NCBI GenBank assembly: GCA_044229845.1
Contig: JBGASG010000006.1
Coordinates: forward strand, 256,001-320,000
Origin: Candidatus Obscuribacteraceae bacterium
GTDB taxonomy: Bacteria; Cyanobacteriota; Vampirovibrionia; Obscuribacterales; Obscuribacteraceae
Direction of reading: 5' to 3'
DNA: 64,000 nt
Shown here: positions 8,792-18,495 of the stretch, piece by piece
Position numbering within the stretch: the stretch's first letter is position 1
How the letters are laid out: every line of letters begins with the position of its first letter
Made by a program: the position numbers and the translations under genes
Notes under the pieces: model-generated
The model's input: only the letters and a program-made list of their open reading frames with translations
Told to the model about the DNA's origin: nothing
The model's database searches: none

Positions 8792-9307
8792 TTAGTACTC
8801 TGGCGCGTTGTCGTGCGAGAGCACGAAGTGCGGACCGCCGCTCGACTGCTCATCGGTCAACATCAGTCCGTCGTGCGCACCGCCGATGATGGCATAGTCT
8901 TTGCCCCCGTCCACGCAGGTGTATTCGATGACGCCGGGAGCCAATCCTTCACGCGAGCCGTGGCGCAAGGACTCGGCATCCTTTCTTGTGCCGTTCACCG
9001 GCAAAATTAGCCCTTGCTTGGGATCGGTGGAGAATACATTGCTGTAGCCGGCATAATCAGGGGACTTGAAACTATCATCGATTTTTTCGGGATACTTGCC
9101 GTTGTGTGCCTTGCCGTACGCCTCGACGGCACGCTGAAACTGCAGCATGTTGCCCTTAATCAAATTGTCCCGCGGTTCCAGCTGCACAGGTTCCGCGTTG
9201 TTCTTGAACAGTTTCCTGGCGTAGTTATCCGTGCCGCAACCGGTCAAAACCGTGACGCAGGCTACTGCCGCCACCAATATCCGAATCGACGCAGAGAATA
9301 ACTTCAA
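8792..9307 (-). CDS. Lipoprotein with pilin-like globular domain
   Basis: Lipobox VLTGC; KGNMLQFQRAVEAY...GKYP helix; C-terminus aligns by eye with the pilin at 48840..49364. Confidence 0.7.
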   Translation of the reverse strand: MKLFSASIRILVAAVACVTVLTGCGTDNYARKLFKNNAEPVQLEPRDNLIKGNMLQFQRAVEAYGKAHNGKYPEKIDDSFKSPDYAGYSNVFSTDPKQGLILPVNGTRKDAESLRHGSREGLAPGVIEYTCVDGGKDYAIIGGAHDGLMLTDEQSSGGPHFVLSHDNAPEY

Positions 9308-9408
9308 GTGACATTCCTCCGGGCAAGACGTTCGCCAATACTACCATTGCCGTCGACACTAAACCGCCCAACCTGGCTATAATGCAGCCAGGGGACTATC
9401 GACCTTTA

Positions 9409-10548
9409 ATGAAAATTCGCTCTCGCCTCAGAGTATTCCTTGCCATCGTCTGCGCCAGCATGACCCTGCTGGTCTCGATGGCTGCGCCGCCGGCGCCTGG
9501 AGCCGTGGAGACATGGGAAAAGCTCGACAAACGCCTCAAGGGACAGATATTTCAGCTGAACATCGGCATCAAAATCAAGGTAAAGGGAGAGTACGCCCAG
9601 CTCACGGACGTGTCGCCCAAGTACAAATTTGCGGTTTTTGGCACCACCCCCGACGATAAAGGCTTCCGGGTGGTAGGTTTTGGGTCGTCATTCCCAATTC
9701 GCACCGCCAAAGGCGACAAGACCTATTTCTTGACGAACCGTCACGTCGTGGATTCCGGCGAAGGCATTGTCCAGGAAAGCCAGCGTTTCTTTGCAGCAAT
9801 GAGGTTAAATGCTCAGCAGACTGCCGGTTTCACGTCCGCAGAGCAGCGATACAAAGACATGATGGCAATCGTTAACATGTCCCAGAAGAAGGATATGAAT
9901 TTTGCCGAGCGAGCTATTTACAACAGCACGGTCGATGGTATCTGGGATACGTACGAAAACAACCTGTCCACCAAAGCCGACCCGCAGCGCAAGCAGTTTC
10001 AAAAATACCTGGCCATGGCCGGCGTCGAGTCGGAGACTGGTTATTTCCTGCACTCACCAGGTCCGGTCACGCAGCCTGCACTGCAGGCTCAGCTATACAA
10101 AGTGGCTCGCACTGATGCCGAGCCCGATCTCGCCGTCTTGACCGTAGGCGACTCGGCGCTCCCCAAGCTGGACTTAGATACAGTGACGCCTTCAGAAGGA
10201 CAGGAGATTCAGGTGATCGGCTATCCACTGGCATCCGATCAAATCGACGCAGACTCAGGCACTTATTACGCTCCCACATTTACAACGGGACGGGTGTCGC
10301 GCGTGGCACCGCGCTTGCTGCACGTCGATGCACCAGTCACCGTCGGCAACAGCGGCGGTCCCGTCGTCAGCCTACGGGGCAAAGTGGTCGGCGTAGTGGC
10401 GCGACGCGCCATGCTACCGCATACGATGAATGGTCAAGTTGTGCAAGCTGAGCTGCCGAACTTCGGCGGCGCCATCACCGTGCAGTCCAACAGTGATGTA
10501 ATGAGCCGAATTTTCTTTGCTGCAGCGGGCGGTTGCCAGTTGTACTAG
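9409..10548 (+). CDS. Trypsin-like (S1) serine protease, exported
   Basis: Triad motifs LTNRHVV, DLAVL, GNSGGP; signal peptide; no PDZ domain seen. Confidence 0.85.
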   Translation: MKIRSRLRVFLAIVCASMTLLVSMAAPPAPGAVETWEKLDKRLKGQIFQLNIGIKIKVKGEYAQLTDVSPKYKFAVFGTTPDDKGFRVVGFGSSFPIRTAKGDKTYFLTNRHVVDSGEGIVQESQRFFAAMRLNAQQTAGFTSAEQRYKDMMAIVNMSQKKDMNFAERAIYNSTVDGIWDTYENNLSTKADPQRKQFQKYLAMAGVESETGYFLHSPGPVTQPALQAQLYKVARTDAEPDLAVLTVGDSALPKLDLDTVTPSEGQEIQVIGYPLASDQIDADSGTYYAPTFTTGRVSRVAPRLLHVDAPVTVGNSGGPVVSLRGKVVGVVARRAMLPHTMNGQVVQAELPNFGGAITVQSNSDVMSRIFFAAAGGCQLY

Positions 10549-10588
10549 AATTTCATCCACATAGTTTGTGCCTGAATTCGAGGGGTCC

Positions 10589-12709
10589 ATGCAAGTAACG
10601 CATAAGTTCTTGACGCTGATTACGGTGTCATTCGCAATCGCACTCGCTGGTTGCACGACGACGACACACACAACCACGACGACAACCACAACAACCACCA
10701 GCAGCGGTGACACCGCATCCGGTGGCGTGCTTCCCGAGTTCAAGGCACCATATCCGGGGAATTACACGACCGCCATGGTCGGTGATGCTGAAGTGCACGA
10801 AGGCAGGTTCCCGGTCGGCAAATTTGGCGGCACGCTGGTGCGTCCGATTGTCGGCTCAGATCCCAAGACCTTCAACTACTGGCAGGCAGACGACTCTTCG
10901 TCCCGTATGCTCGCCGGTTATATGTTCTCGGGACTGGTTGTCGACGATCCTTACAACGGCGATATCACACCCGATCTGGCTGAAGAAGTTAAGGTGATGC
11001 CGGACAACGTCACCTACATCACCAAGCTGCGCAAGGGGCTCAAGTGGTCGGACGGTAAACCGATCACCTCCGCCGACGTTGCCTATACATGGAACACGAT
11101 CATCGCCGGTGGCTATGGAAACAGCTCGCTGCGCGACGTCACCCAGATCGAAGGGAAATCACCGACCGTCACGGTCATCGATGAGCTGACAAATAAATTC
11201 GTGACACCAAAACCATTCGCTCCGTTCCAGAGATTGCTTGGCATTCCGATTGCGCCCAAACACGTTTTCGAACCGATTACCAGCAAGCCGGACGGGCATC
11301 AACGGTTCGGCGAGAAGTGGGCTCAAACTACCGATCCCGCAAAATTGGCTTCCTTTGTCACGTCGGGTCCGTTCGTCATCTCGCGCTTCGTCCCATCGCA
11401 ACGGGTGGAACTGGCGCGCACTGAAAACTATACCTTGTTCAACAAAGACGGACGCCGCTTGCCCTACCTGGACAAACAGCTCTTCGTTTTCGTTCCTGAA
11501 CCGAACACATTGCAGCTGAAGTTCCGCAATAAAGAGATCGACGTAACGACTGTTCGCGCCCGCGATTTGCAGACGCTTCTGTCTGAGCGCGAGAAAGGGG
11601 ATTTCCAGATCTATCGCCTCGGCCCTACCTCGGGTTCTACGTTCATCATGTTCAATATGAATCAGCGAAAGAACCCCAAAGGGGAAGCTTACGTCGATCC
11701 GATCAAATCAAAATGGTTCAACGACAAGAACTTCCGGCAAGCTGTAAATCATGCCGTCAATCGCGATCTGATCATCGCCAACTATTTCAAAGGCATCGCT
11801 TATCCGGCTTTCACATCTGAGTCCCCCACCAGCCCCTGGTTCGATTCCGCATTGCAGCCATTCAAGCCGGATCTGAAGATGTCCAGCGACCTGCTGACTC
11901 AATCCGGTTTTACAAAGAAAGGCGATGTTCTCTACGACAAGGCCGGAAACAAAGTCGAATTTGACCTAGTGTACGCAGCAGCAAGTCCTTTCTATGAGGC
12001 TTGCGTGCAGCAGTTGAAGGATGACCTCGGTAAGCTGGGGATCAAAGTCAACTCGCAAGCCATGGAATTCAATGCTCTGATCGACCGGATGGATGTTTCG
12101 AAGAAGTGGGAATGCTCGATATTCTCGCTGACCGGCGATCCACTCGATCCGCATGGCGGCACCAACGTCTGGCGGACGGACGGTAGATTGCACCTGTTCG
12201 ACCTGCGGTTCGAGCCGGGACAAACAACCACTAAGGTCACCGATGCCCGTCCCTGGGAAAAGGAAATCGACACTATCTATACGAAGGGCGCGCAGATCTT
12301 CGACAAGGCTGAGCGCAAGAAGGTATATGACCGCTACCAACAAATCGTCTATGACGAAGTACCAATGATCTACCTTGTTACACCAACTGCATTGCTCGGA
12401 GCGAGAAACACCGTCGGCAATTTCGCGCCGACGCCGCTTTCCTCATCGGTTGGTGACGGCTTGCACAACATCGACGAGATCTACAAGACAGACGCCACAG
12501 GTACTGGTCCAGAGCCGGAGAAGTTGAGCCCGAAGACTGCCGCGCCGGCGCCCGACACAGCGACCCCGACGTCGACGACTACCAGTTCAACAACAACGAC
12601 AACCGGGACAACCCCAGCCATTCCCATGACGGGTCCCGGTGCCACCACAACTGATGCAGCGACATCACCGGTCACACCAGCCAAGACGAAACCGGAACGC
12701 AAACCGTGA
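10589..12709 (+). CDS. Peptide/nickel ABC transporter substrate-binding lipoprotein (family 5)
   Basis: Lipobox LAGC; DPKTFN, LRKGLKWSDGKPITSADV, FRQAVNHAVNR. Confidence 0.92.
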   Translation: MQVTHKFLTLITVSFAIALAGCTTTTHTTTTTTTTTTSSGDTASGGVLPEFKAPYPGNYTTAMVGDAEVHEGRFPVGKFGGTLVRPIVGSDPKTFNYWQADDSSSRMLAGYMFSGLVVDDPYNGDITPDLAEEVKVMPDNVTYITKLRKGLKWSDGKPITSADVAYTWNTIIAGGYGNSSLRDVTQIEGKSPTVTVIDELTNKFVTPKPFAPFQRLLGIPIAPKHVFEPITSKPDGHQRFGEKWAQTTDPAKLASFVTSGPFVISRFVPSQRVELARTENYTLFNKDGRRLPYLDKQLFVFVPEPNTLQLKFRNKEIDVTTVRARDLQTLLSEREKGDFQIYRLGPTSGSTFIMFNMNQRKNPKGEAYVDPIKSKWFNDKNFRQAVNHAVNRDLIIANYFKGIAYPAFTSESPTSPWFDSALQPFKPDLKMSSDLLTQSGFTKKGDVLYDKAGNKVEFDLVYAAASPFYEACVQQLKDDLGKLGIKVNSQAMEFNALIDRMDVSKKWECSIFSLTGDPLDPHGGTNVWRTDGRLHLFDLRFEPGQTTTKVTDARPWEKEIDTIYTKGAQIFDKAERKKVYDRYQQIVYDEVPMIYLVTPTALLGARNTVGNFAPTPLSSSVGDGLHNIDEIYKTDATGTGPEPEKLSPKTAAPAPDTATPTSTTTSSTTTTTGTTPAIPMTGPGATTTDAATSPVTPAKTKPERKP

Positions 12710-14640
12710 ACAAGTTGCTCGTCTTAGCGACAATCTGCGCAGTGTTTCTAACCGGTTGCGTGCGGAAACCAGCGGCTCAGGTCGCTGGACCGCCATTGCC
12801 TCCCGATAAGATAACAACCGCATTCGGCGTCCACGACTTTCCGAATCCTGGTCCGCACAAGATTGTCGAAGTCACCGAAAAGGACGGCACAAAGAGCGAA
12901 TACCTTCAGGCTCGCGGAGACGTCGGCAAATTCGGCGGTGCGTTCAAAGTATCTATCTTTGGTTCCGGACCGAAAACATTCAACCCCTGGGATGCATCAG
13001 ATGTTGAAAGCGGTGGACTGGCGCTGCTCATGTTTGACCGTTTGGTGGATATTGATCCATGGACGGGCAAACCCTACCCGAAACTGGCAAAGTCGGTTGA
13101 AGTCAGCAAAGACAATCTGGAATACACTTTCGTTTTGCGCAAGGGATTGAAGTGGTCCGACGGCAAACCACTGACGGCCGACGATGTGGTTTTCACGTTT
13201 AACGATCTGGTCGGCAAGGGCTTCGGCAACACCAGTAACCGTGACGTCATTTCGGTCTACGGTGAATATCCTAAAGTCTGGAAAGTCGACGACCTGACGG
13301 TGAAGTTTCGCACCGCACACCCCTTCGCACCATTTCTGGTGGCAATCCACTCGATTCCGATTGCACCAAAGCACGTCATGGAGAAATACACCAAGGGAAA
13401 GCCGGATGACTTTCGCAAGGTATGGTCGGTCAACATGAACCCGTCGGAGATGGTATCCAGCGGTCCGTTTATTCTCGAACAGTATGTGCCATCCCAACGA
13501 GTGATTTTGAAGCGAATCAATACTTATGGCATGGTGGATAAGGCTGGCAACAAGTTGCCCTATCTGAATCAGTTCGTCGAATTGATTGTGCCCGACCAGA
13601 ACACGATGGTTCTGAAGTTCCTCGGCAGAGAGATCGACCTTCTGGATGTGCGCAGCGTACGCGGTCTCGACGCGGCTCCGCTTATGGCGAAGGAGAAGTC
13701 GCTCGACTTTACGATGTACAACCTCGGCGCGGATGACGGCACGTACTTCCTCATGTTCAACATGAACCAGCGCATCAATCCAAAGACAAAGAAACCGTAT
13801 GTAGATCCGATCAAGCAGAAGTGGTTTAACAACGTCAAATTCCGGCAGGCCGTCAGCCACGCAATCAACAGAGCGCAGATCATAAACAACGTGGCGCGTG
13901 GAGTCGCGGTGCCTCTGTATACAGCTGAACCGACATCCTCCCTGTACTACAATCCGAAGCTACAGCCCTTCCCTCAAGATTTGGAGCTATCGAAGAAGCT
14001 CCTTGCCGAGGGCGGATTTGTTCTCAAGGATGGCGTTCTTCACGACGCAGACGGACACCCGGTTGAGTTCATTCTGCAAACAAACGCCGGCAACCTCACC
14101 CGAGAAGCAATCTGCAATCACGTAAAAGATGTCCTCAAACCATTGGGCATCAAGGTCAACTTCCAGCCCATCGACTTCAATATTCTGGTCGGGAAAACTG
14201 AAGATACTCTCGATTGGGAAGGGATTGTCATGGCACTCAGCGGCAGCCGCCTTGAGCCGTACGAGGGCGCCAACGTATGGAAGTCCGACGGACGCTTACA
14301 CATGTTTGATCAGCGGCTGCCTAATGAACAGGGCAAAGTCCTGGCGCCGGACGCTCGCCCCTGGGAAAAAGAAATCGACAAACTGTTCGATGACGGCGCC
14401 ACCACAATGGATCCAGCTAAACGACGGGCAGCCTACGACAAGTATCAAGAGATCGTTTACGAACAGCAGCCGTTCATTTATTTGATCTCTATTCTCGACC
14501 TGACGGCTATGAGAAACAGCGTCGGCAATTACAAACCCAAACCCTGGGGCGTCAGTTATACACCCATGGGAAGCATGCACAACATCGAAGAAATCTACTT
14601 CAAAGACAGCCAGCAAAAGCCAGCGGAGTCAGCTAAATAG
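12706..14640 (+). CDS. Peptide/nickel ABC transporter substrate-binding lipoprotein (family 5), second paralogue
   Basis: Lipobox LTGC; LRKGLKWSDGKPLTADDV; GTGA overlap with the previous gene. Confidence 0.92.
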   Translation: MNKLLVLATICAVFLTGCVRKPAAQVAGPPLPPDKITTAFGVHDFPNPGPHKIVEVTEKDGTKSEYLQARGDVGKFGGAFKVSIFGSGPKTFNPWDASDVESGGLALLMFDRLVDIDPWTGKPYPKLAKSVEVSKDNLEYTFVLRKGLKWSDGKPLTADDVVFTFNDLVGKGFGNTSNRDVISVYGEYPKVWKVDDLTVKFRTAHPFAPFLVAIHSIPIAPKHVMEKYTKGKPDDFRKVWSVNMNPSEMVSSGPFILEQYVPSQRVILKRINTYGMVDKAGNKLPYLNQFVELIVPDQNTMVLKFLGREIDLLDVRSVRGLDAAPLMAKEKSLDFTMYNLGADDGTYFLMFNMNQRINPKTKKPYVDPIKQKWFNNVKFRQAVSHAINRAQIINNVARGVAVPLYTAEPTSSLYYNPKLQPFPQDLELSKKLLAEGGFVLKDGVLHDADGHPVEFILQTNAGNLTREAICNHVKDVLKPLGIKVNFQPIDFNILVGKTEDTLDWEGIVMALSGSRLEPYEGANVWKSDGRLHMFDQRLPNEQGKVLAPDARPWEKEIDKLFDDGATTMDPAKRRAAYDKYQEIVYEQQPFIYLISILDLTAMRNSVGNYKPKPWGVSYTPMGSMHNIEEIYFKDSQQKPAESAK

Positions 14641-14641
14641 C

Positions 14642-15610
14642 ATGTCCATACCGATCTACATCCTCAAGCGCTTTCTGCAATCGATTCCATTGCTGATCAT
14701 CATCTCGATCATGAGTTTCACGATGCTGATGATGGCGCCAATCGATCCGCTAGCGCAATTGAAAGCAAACCCTGCTATCTCGCAGGCGGCGATCAAAGCG
14801 GAGGAGGAACGGCTTGGATTGAACAAACCCCCGATCGAGCGCTATGGCCGTTGGCTGGTTGCTCTGCTGCAAGGAAACCCGGGCACGGCCGTATCCGGAG
14901 CACCGGTGGCCAGTCTGTTGATGGATCGCGCCGGCAACACATTGCTTTTGAGCAGTCTCTCGATTTTCTTCACCTGGCTATTTGCAATTCCAATGGGCAT
15001 TTACGCCGCTGTGCACCGCCAGAAGTTTCTCGACAAACTGTTCAACATGATCAGCGCAATCGGTATGTCGATGCCGCCGTTTTTCTTCGCTCTCCTTTTG
15101 CTGATGGGAGCGTTGGCAACCGGATGGTTTCCGATTGGCGGCTTGACCAGCCCCAATCACTTCGAGATGGACTTCTGGCATCAAAGACTCGACATCGCGC
15201 ACCATCTCGTGATTCCAACCACCGTATTGACCTTCATCGGGCTGGCCGGTATTCAGCGCCAGATGCGCGGTAATCTGCTCGATGTTTTGCGCGCCGAGTA
15301 TGTCCGTACAGCTCGGGCCAAAGGCTTGCCAGAAAATCGTGTCCTTTACGCACACGCATTGAGAAATGCGATCAACCCACTCATTACATTCCTCGGATTT
15401 GAATTCGCGGCTCTGCTCAGCGGCGCAGCACTGACTGAAACGGTGCTCGCGTATCCAGGGCTGGGTCGATTGACACTGGAAGGCGTGCTAACCAAAGACA
15501 TGAACCTGGTAATGGCCTCTCTCATGCTGGGCGCCGTCATGCTGATCGCCGGCAACTTGATTGCAGACATTCTTCTCAAACTGGTCGACCCCCGAATCAC
15601 CCTGGAGTAA
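14642..15610 (+). CDS. Peptide ABC transporter permease (OppB/DppB type)
   Basis: YILKRFLQ start; EAA motif EYVRTARAKGL; HALRNA. Confidence 0.93.
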   Translation: MSIPIYILKRFLQSIPLLIIISIMSFTMLMMAPIDPLAQLKANPAISQAAIKAEEERLGLNKPPIERYGRWLVALLQGNPGTAVSGAPVASLLMDRAGNTLLLSSLSIFFTWLFAIPMGIYAAVHRQKFLDKLFNMISAIGMSMPPFFFALLLLMGALATGWFPIGGLTSPNHFEMDFWHQRLDIAHHLVIPTTVLTFIGLAGIQRQMRGNLLDVLRAEYVRTARAKGLPENRVLYAHALRNAINPLITFLGFEFAALLSGAALTETVLAYPGLGRLTLEGVLTKDMNLVMASLMLGAVMLIAGNLIADILLKLVDPRITLE

Positions 15611-15623
15611 CAGGCAGACACCT

Positions 15624-16766
15624 ATGTCAGTTGATCAAAGCGAACTGCCTTTGTTAGAGCCAAAGCCGAAACCGGTTGAGGAAAACATTCCGCTGCGCAA
15701 AACGCCCTGGCAAAGGCTCTGGGAAGATCGCCTGGCGCGCATCGCGTTGATTCTGCTGGGCGTTCTGTACTTGGCTGCAGCACTGGCAGATCCGCTTTCG
15801 CCCTACAGCATGCACTACAGCGATCCGGAACTGGGCAACGCGCCCCCCACCGAGGTTTACTGGAACGACGAGAAAGGGAACGTGGTCAATCCCTACGTTT
15901 ATCGAATGGAACGCACATTCGATCCCATGACCTTGAAACAAACATATTCGGAAGTGCGCGATAAGAAGTACGAACTGAAGATGTTTTATCCAGGCGAGGA
16001 TTATCATATTTTCGGGATCATCCCAGGAAACATCCACCTCTTCGGCGTTGATTCGCCCGCTCACATATTCATACTCGGCACCGACATCAGTGGGCGAGAC
16101 AACTGGTCGCGTCTTTTCTTCGGGGCCCAGAAAAGTCTGACCATCGGGTTTCTCGGGCTATTCATCGCCTTCCCGATTGGTATTGCCTATGGTGGGCTTT
16201 CCGGTTTCCTGGGCGGGCTGGTCGACAACTGGATGATGCGCATCGCGGAAGCGGTGATGTCTATTCCAAGTTTCTACCTGCTGATCGGACTGGCAGCAAT
16301 ATTGCCGCCCAAGATGACCAGCTCCGAGCGCTTCGCATTAATCACAGTCATCCTGTCCTTCATCGGCTGGGCGGGATTGGCTCGGATCATCCGCGGTATG
16401 GTGCTATCCATCCGCAACGAAGAGTTTGTGGAAGCGGCGCGCGCCGCCGGCATGCCCGAATTCTGGAACATGCTCAAACACGTCATTCCGCAGACTGCGA
16501 GCTTCCTGATTATCTCAGCCACGCTGCAGGTCCCCAGTTTCATCCTCTCCGAAAGCGGCTTGAGCTTCCTCGGACTGGGTATTCAGCAGCCTGATGCCAG
16601 CTGGGGCAACATGCTCAAGGAAGCCCAGGACAACGTCAATGATTTGCTCGACCGCCCCTGGCTGATTACGCCGGGCATTGCGATCTTCATCACGATCCTC
16701 TGCTTCAACACTGTAGGCGATGTGCTCCGCGATGTCTTAGATCCGAAACTCCACGGTTCCAAATAG
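15624..16766 (+). CDS. Peptide ABC transporter permease (OppC/DppC type)
   Basis: LGTD-x-x-GRD; EFVEAARAAG; ESGLSFLGLG...SWG. Confidence 0.93.
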   Translation: MSVDQSELPLLEPKPKPVEENIPLRKTPWQRLWEDRLARIALILLGVLYLAAALADPLSPYSMHYSDPELGNAPPTEVYWNDEKGNVVNPYVYRMERTFDPMTLKQTYSEVRDKKYELKMFYPGEDYHIFGIIPGNIHLFGVDSPAHIFILGTDISGRDNWSRLFFGAQKSLTIGFLGLFIAFPIGIAYGGLSGFLGGLVDNWMMRIAEAVMSIPSFYLLIGLAAILPPKMTSSERFALITVILSFIGWAGLARIIRGMVLSIRNEEFVEAARAAGMPEFWNMLKHVIPQTASFLIISATLQVPSFILSESGLSFLGLGIQQPDASWGNMLKEAQDNVNDLLDRPWLITPGIAIFITILCFNTVGDVLRDVLDPKLHGSK

Positions 16767-16801
16767 CCAGCGCGCAACGCGCACAAAGGATGCAACGCCA
16801 A

Positions 16802-17000
16802 ATGGAACCAGCCCAGATTATCGAAATCGCCCTGCTCGCCTCTGTTTGCATCGGCGCCTGCGCGATCAGCTGGAATTCTCTGCGCAACTGGCGCGGCAGT
16901 CGTTTCCTATGCGATGACTGCCGGTTCAACGATCCAGAGCTATGCAAGAAACGCGAACGCGGGCGCGCACTGATCTGCACGGCGTATGAATGTATAACGC
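16802..17000 (+). CDS. Small membrane-anchored Cys-rich protein; native 3' end apparently disrupted (frame runs on to 18016 antisense to the next gene)
   Basis: TM helix then CDDC-x7-C-x10-C; sequence after codon 66 is the antisense of the metallopeptidase gene. Confidence 0.55.
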
Positions 17001-18313
17001 CGCCAGCCAGGTTCGCGGATCCATTTAGATTGTCCGTTCTCGTCTTTGCCGTACGCAGCATCTATTTGTTGCTGGTCGCGTTCTTTGATCTGGGCGTACG
17101 CCTCGGGACTGTTCAAATAAAGCTGCGTGCGATACGCCTGGCTGTGGCGGAAGTACGCTTTGGCTTCAGCATCGAATTCCCACGGAGACTCGGGCTGGGT
17201 TTCGTGCAGGTGGGGCATCAAAGCGCGCTCGCGCATCTCCTCGCCCGTCAGGCGGTCGGCCTTGTCCTTGTCGACTTTGTTGCCCTCGGCATCGAGATAA
17301 TTGCCTTTCTCATCACGGCGCTCATATTGCTTGGTGTCGTTGTTCCAGGAATAAAGTTGGTTGTTCTTGGTTTGAACAGCCCATTCGTCCTTGCCGATCT
17401 TTTGATAGCCGAGCTTCTCGTAGTAACCGTCGCCACCATGCTCCTTATCGGAAAAGTCCTGTCCGTGGTGTGCAATCTCGTGTTCGATGACTTTCTGTTT
17501 CGTCGCGGTATCGAACTCCTGCAAGTTCACAGCCCAGAACTCATGCTTACCTGCGAAGAAACCTCCAGTGGCGGCTGCGGGACCGTCAGTGAAGTTAACC
17601 TTGAGGCGCTCATCTTTGTCTCCGGTCAAACTGTCCGGCTGCGAACGATAGAGAGCATCGCTGAGAGTGTCCAGTTCTTCAAAACTCGGTTTGCGCACCG
17701 TATAGGTGTCGTCACCATCCTTGTGCTCTTGTCCGACATTGGTATTGATGTCGACGTTGAATGTATCTTCTACTTCTTTGATGCGCTCATCGCGCTTGCG
17801 CTCCAGCTGCTGCGCATAGTTGCCGTCGGTAGTTGTGAGGACATCGCGCTGCTCGTTGGGTATGCCGTTCTCGTGCGGATGCTCCGGCTTAACTTCGTAG
17901 TAGAAGCGATACTGAATCTGCCCGTCCTTATCGCGGGTCACCTCCACGTCCATATCGAACTTTTTGGCTTCTTTGGTGGCGTCCTTACGGGCGGCCTCAA
18001 GCTCGACGTCACGTGAGGAGTCGCCGCCTTTGCCTGCCTGACCTTCCGGTTTGCAGCTATCGCCCCGTCCTGGCGTTGCTCCATCGCGCGGGTCGAATAT
18101 GTCGAGATGATGGAGGATGTCCTGACCTATCTGTTTCAGGTCATTCAAATTGAGGTGCATGATGTCGGCGAGGGTGGGCAGCTCTCGCACGATCAGCGGC
18201 TGGCTCTGACCACCCTGCGTATTGTCCGACGCCGGCGGAACGATATCGTTGCCGTGGCATTGGACGACTTGCTGGTCAGATGACGCAGACGTGGCAGTCT
18301 TAGAGTCTCCCAA
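16940..18313 (-). CDS. Zincin-like metallopeptidase domain protein (toxin/effector-like)
   Basis: TTG at 18313 preceded by GGAGG; HEIAH motif and downstream PWEFDAE third-ligand motif. Confidence 0.7.
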   Translation of the reverse strand: MGDSKTATSASSDQQVVQCHGNDIVPPASDNTQGGQSQPLIVRELPTLADIMHLNLNDLKQIGQDILHHLDIFDPRDGATPGRGDSCKPEGQAGKGGDSSRDVELEAARKDATKEAKKFDMDVEVTRDKDGQIQYRFYYEVKPEHPHENGIPNEQRDVLTTTDGNYAQQLERKRDERIKEVEDTFNVDINTNVGQEHKDGDDTYTVRKPSFEELDTLSDALYRSQPDSLTGDKDERLKVNFTDGPAAATGGFFAGKHEFWAVNLQEFDTATKQKVIEHEIAHHGQDFSDKEHGGDGYYEKLGYQKIGKDEWAVQTKNNQLYSWNNDTKQYERRDEKGNYLDAEGNKVDKDKADRLTGEEMRERALMPHLHETQPESPWEFDAEAKAYFRHSQAYRTQLYLNSPEAYAQIKERDQQQIDAAYGKDENGQSKWIREPGWRRYTFIRRADQCAPAFAFLA

Positions 18314-18495
18314 GGAGCCTCCAGAAAAAGAATAGTAAGGGAGCGAACACGGAGATGATACGGAGCCGCGGGGCTCAGCGAACGAATTGCGGGAAGGGGG
18401 TTTGTGGCAATATAAGCCCATTTCGCGCAGAAGTCAAGAGTCGACTTCTGCACGAATTTTATACCCGGCGGCTTGCTGGCGGGGGCCGCTCGATA

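Noticed and set aside
16790..18016. 408-aa plus-strand 'membrane protein'
   Set aside because: Beyond about codon 70 it is the antisense shadow of the acidic peptidase gene; its hydrophobicity is an antisense artefact
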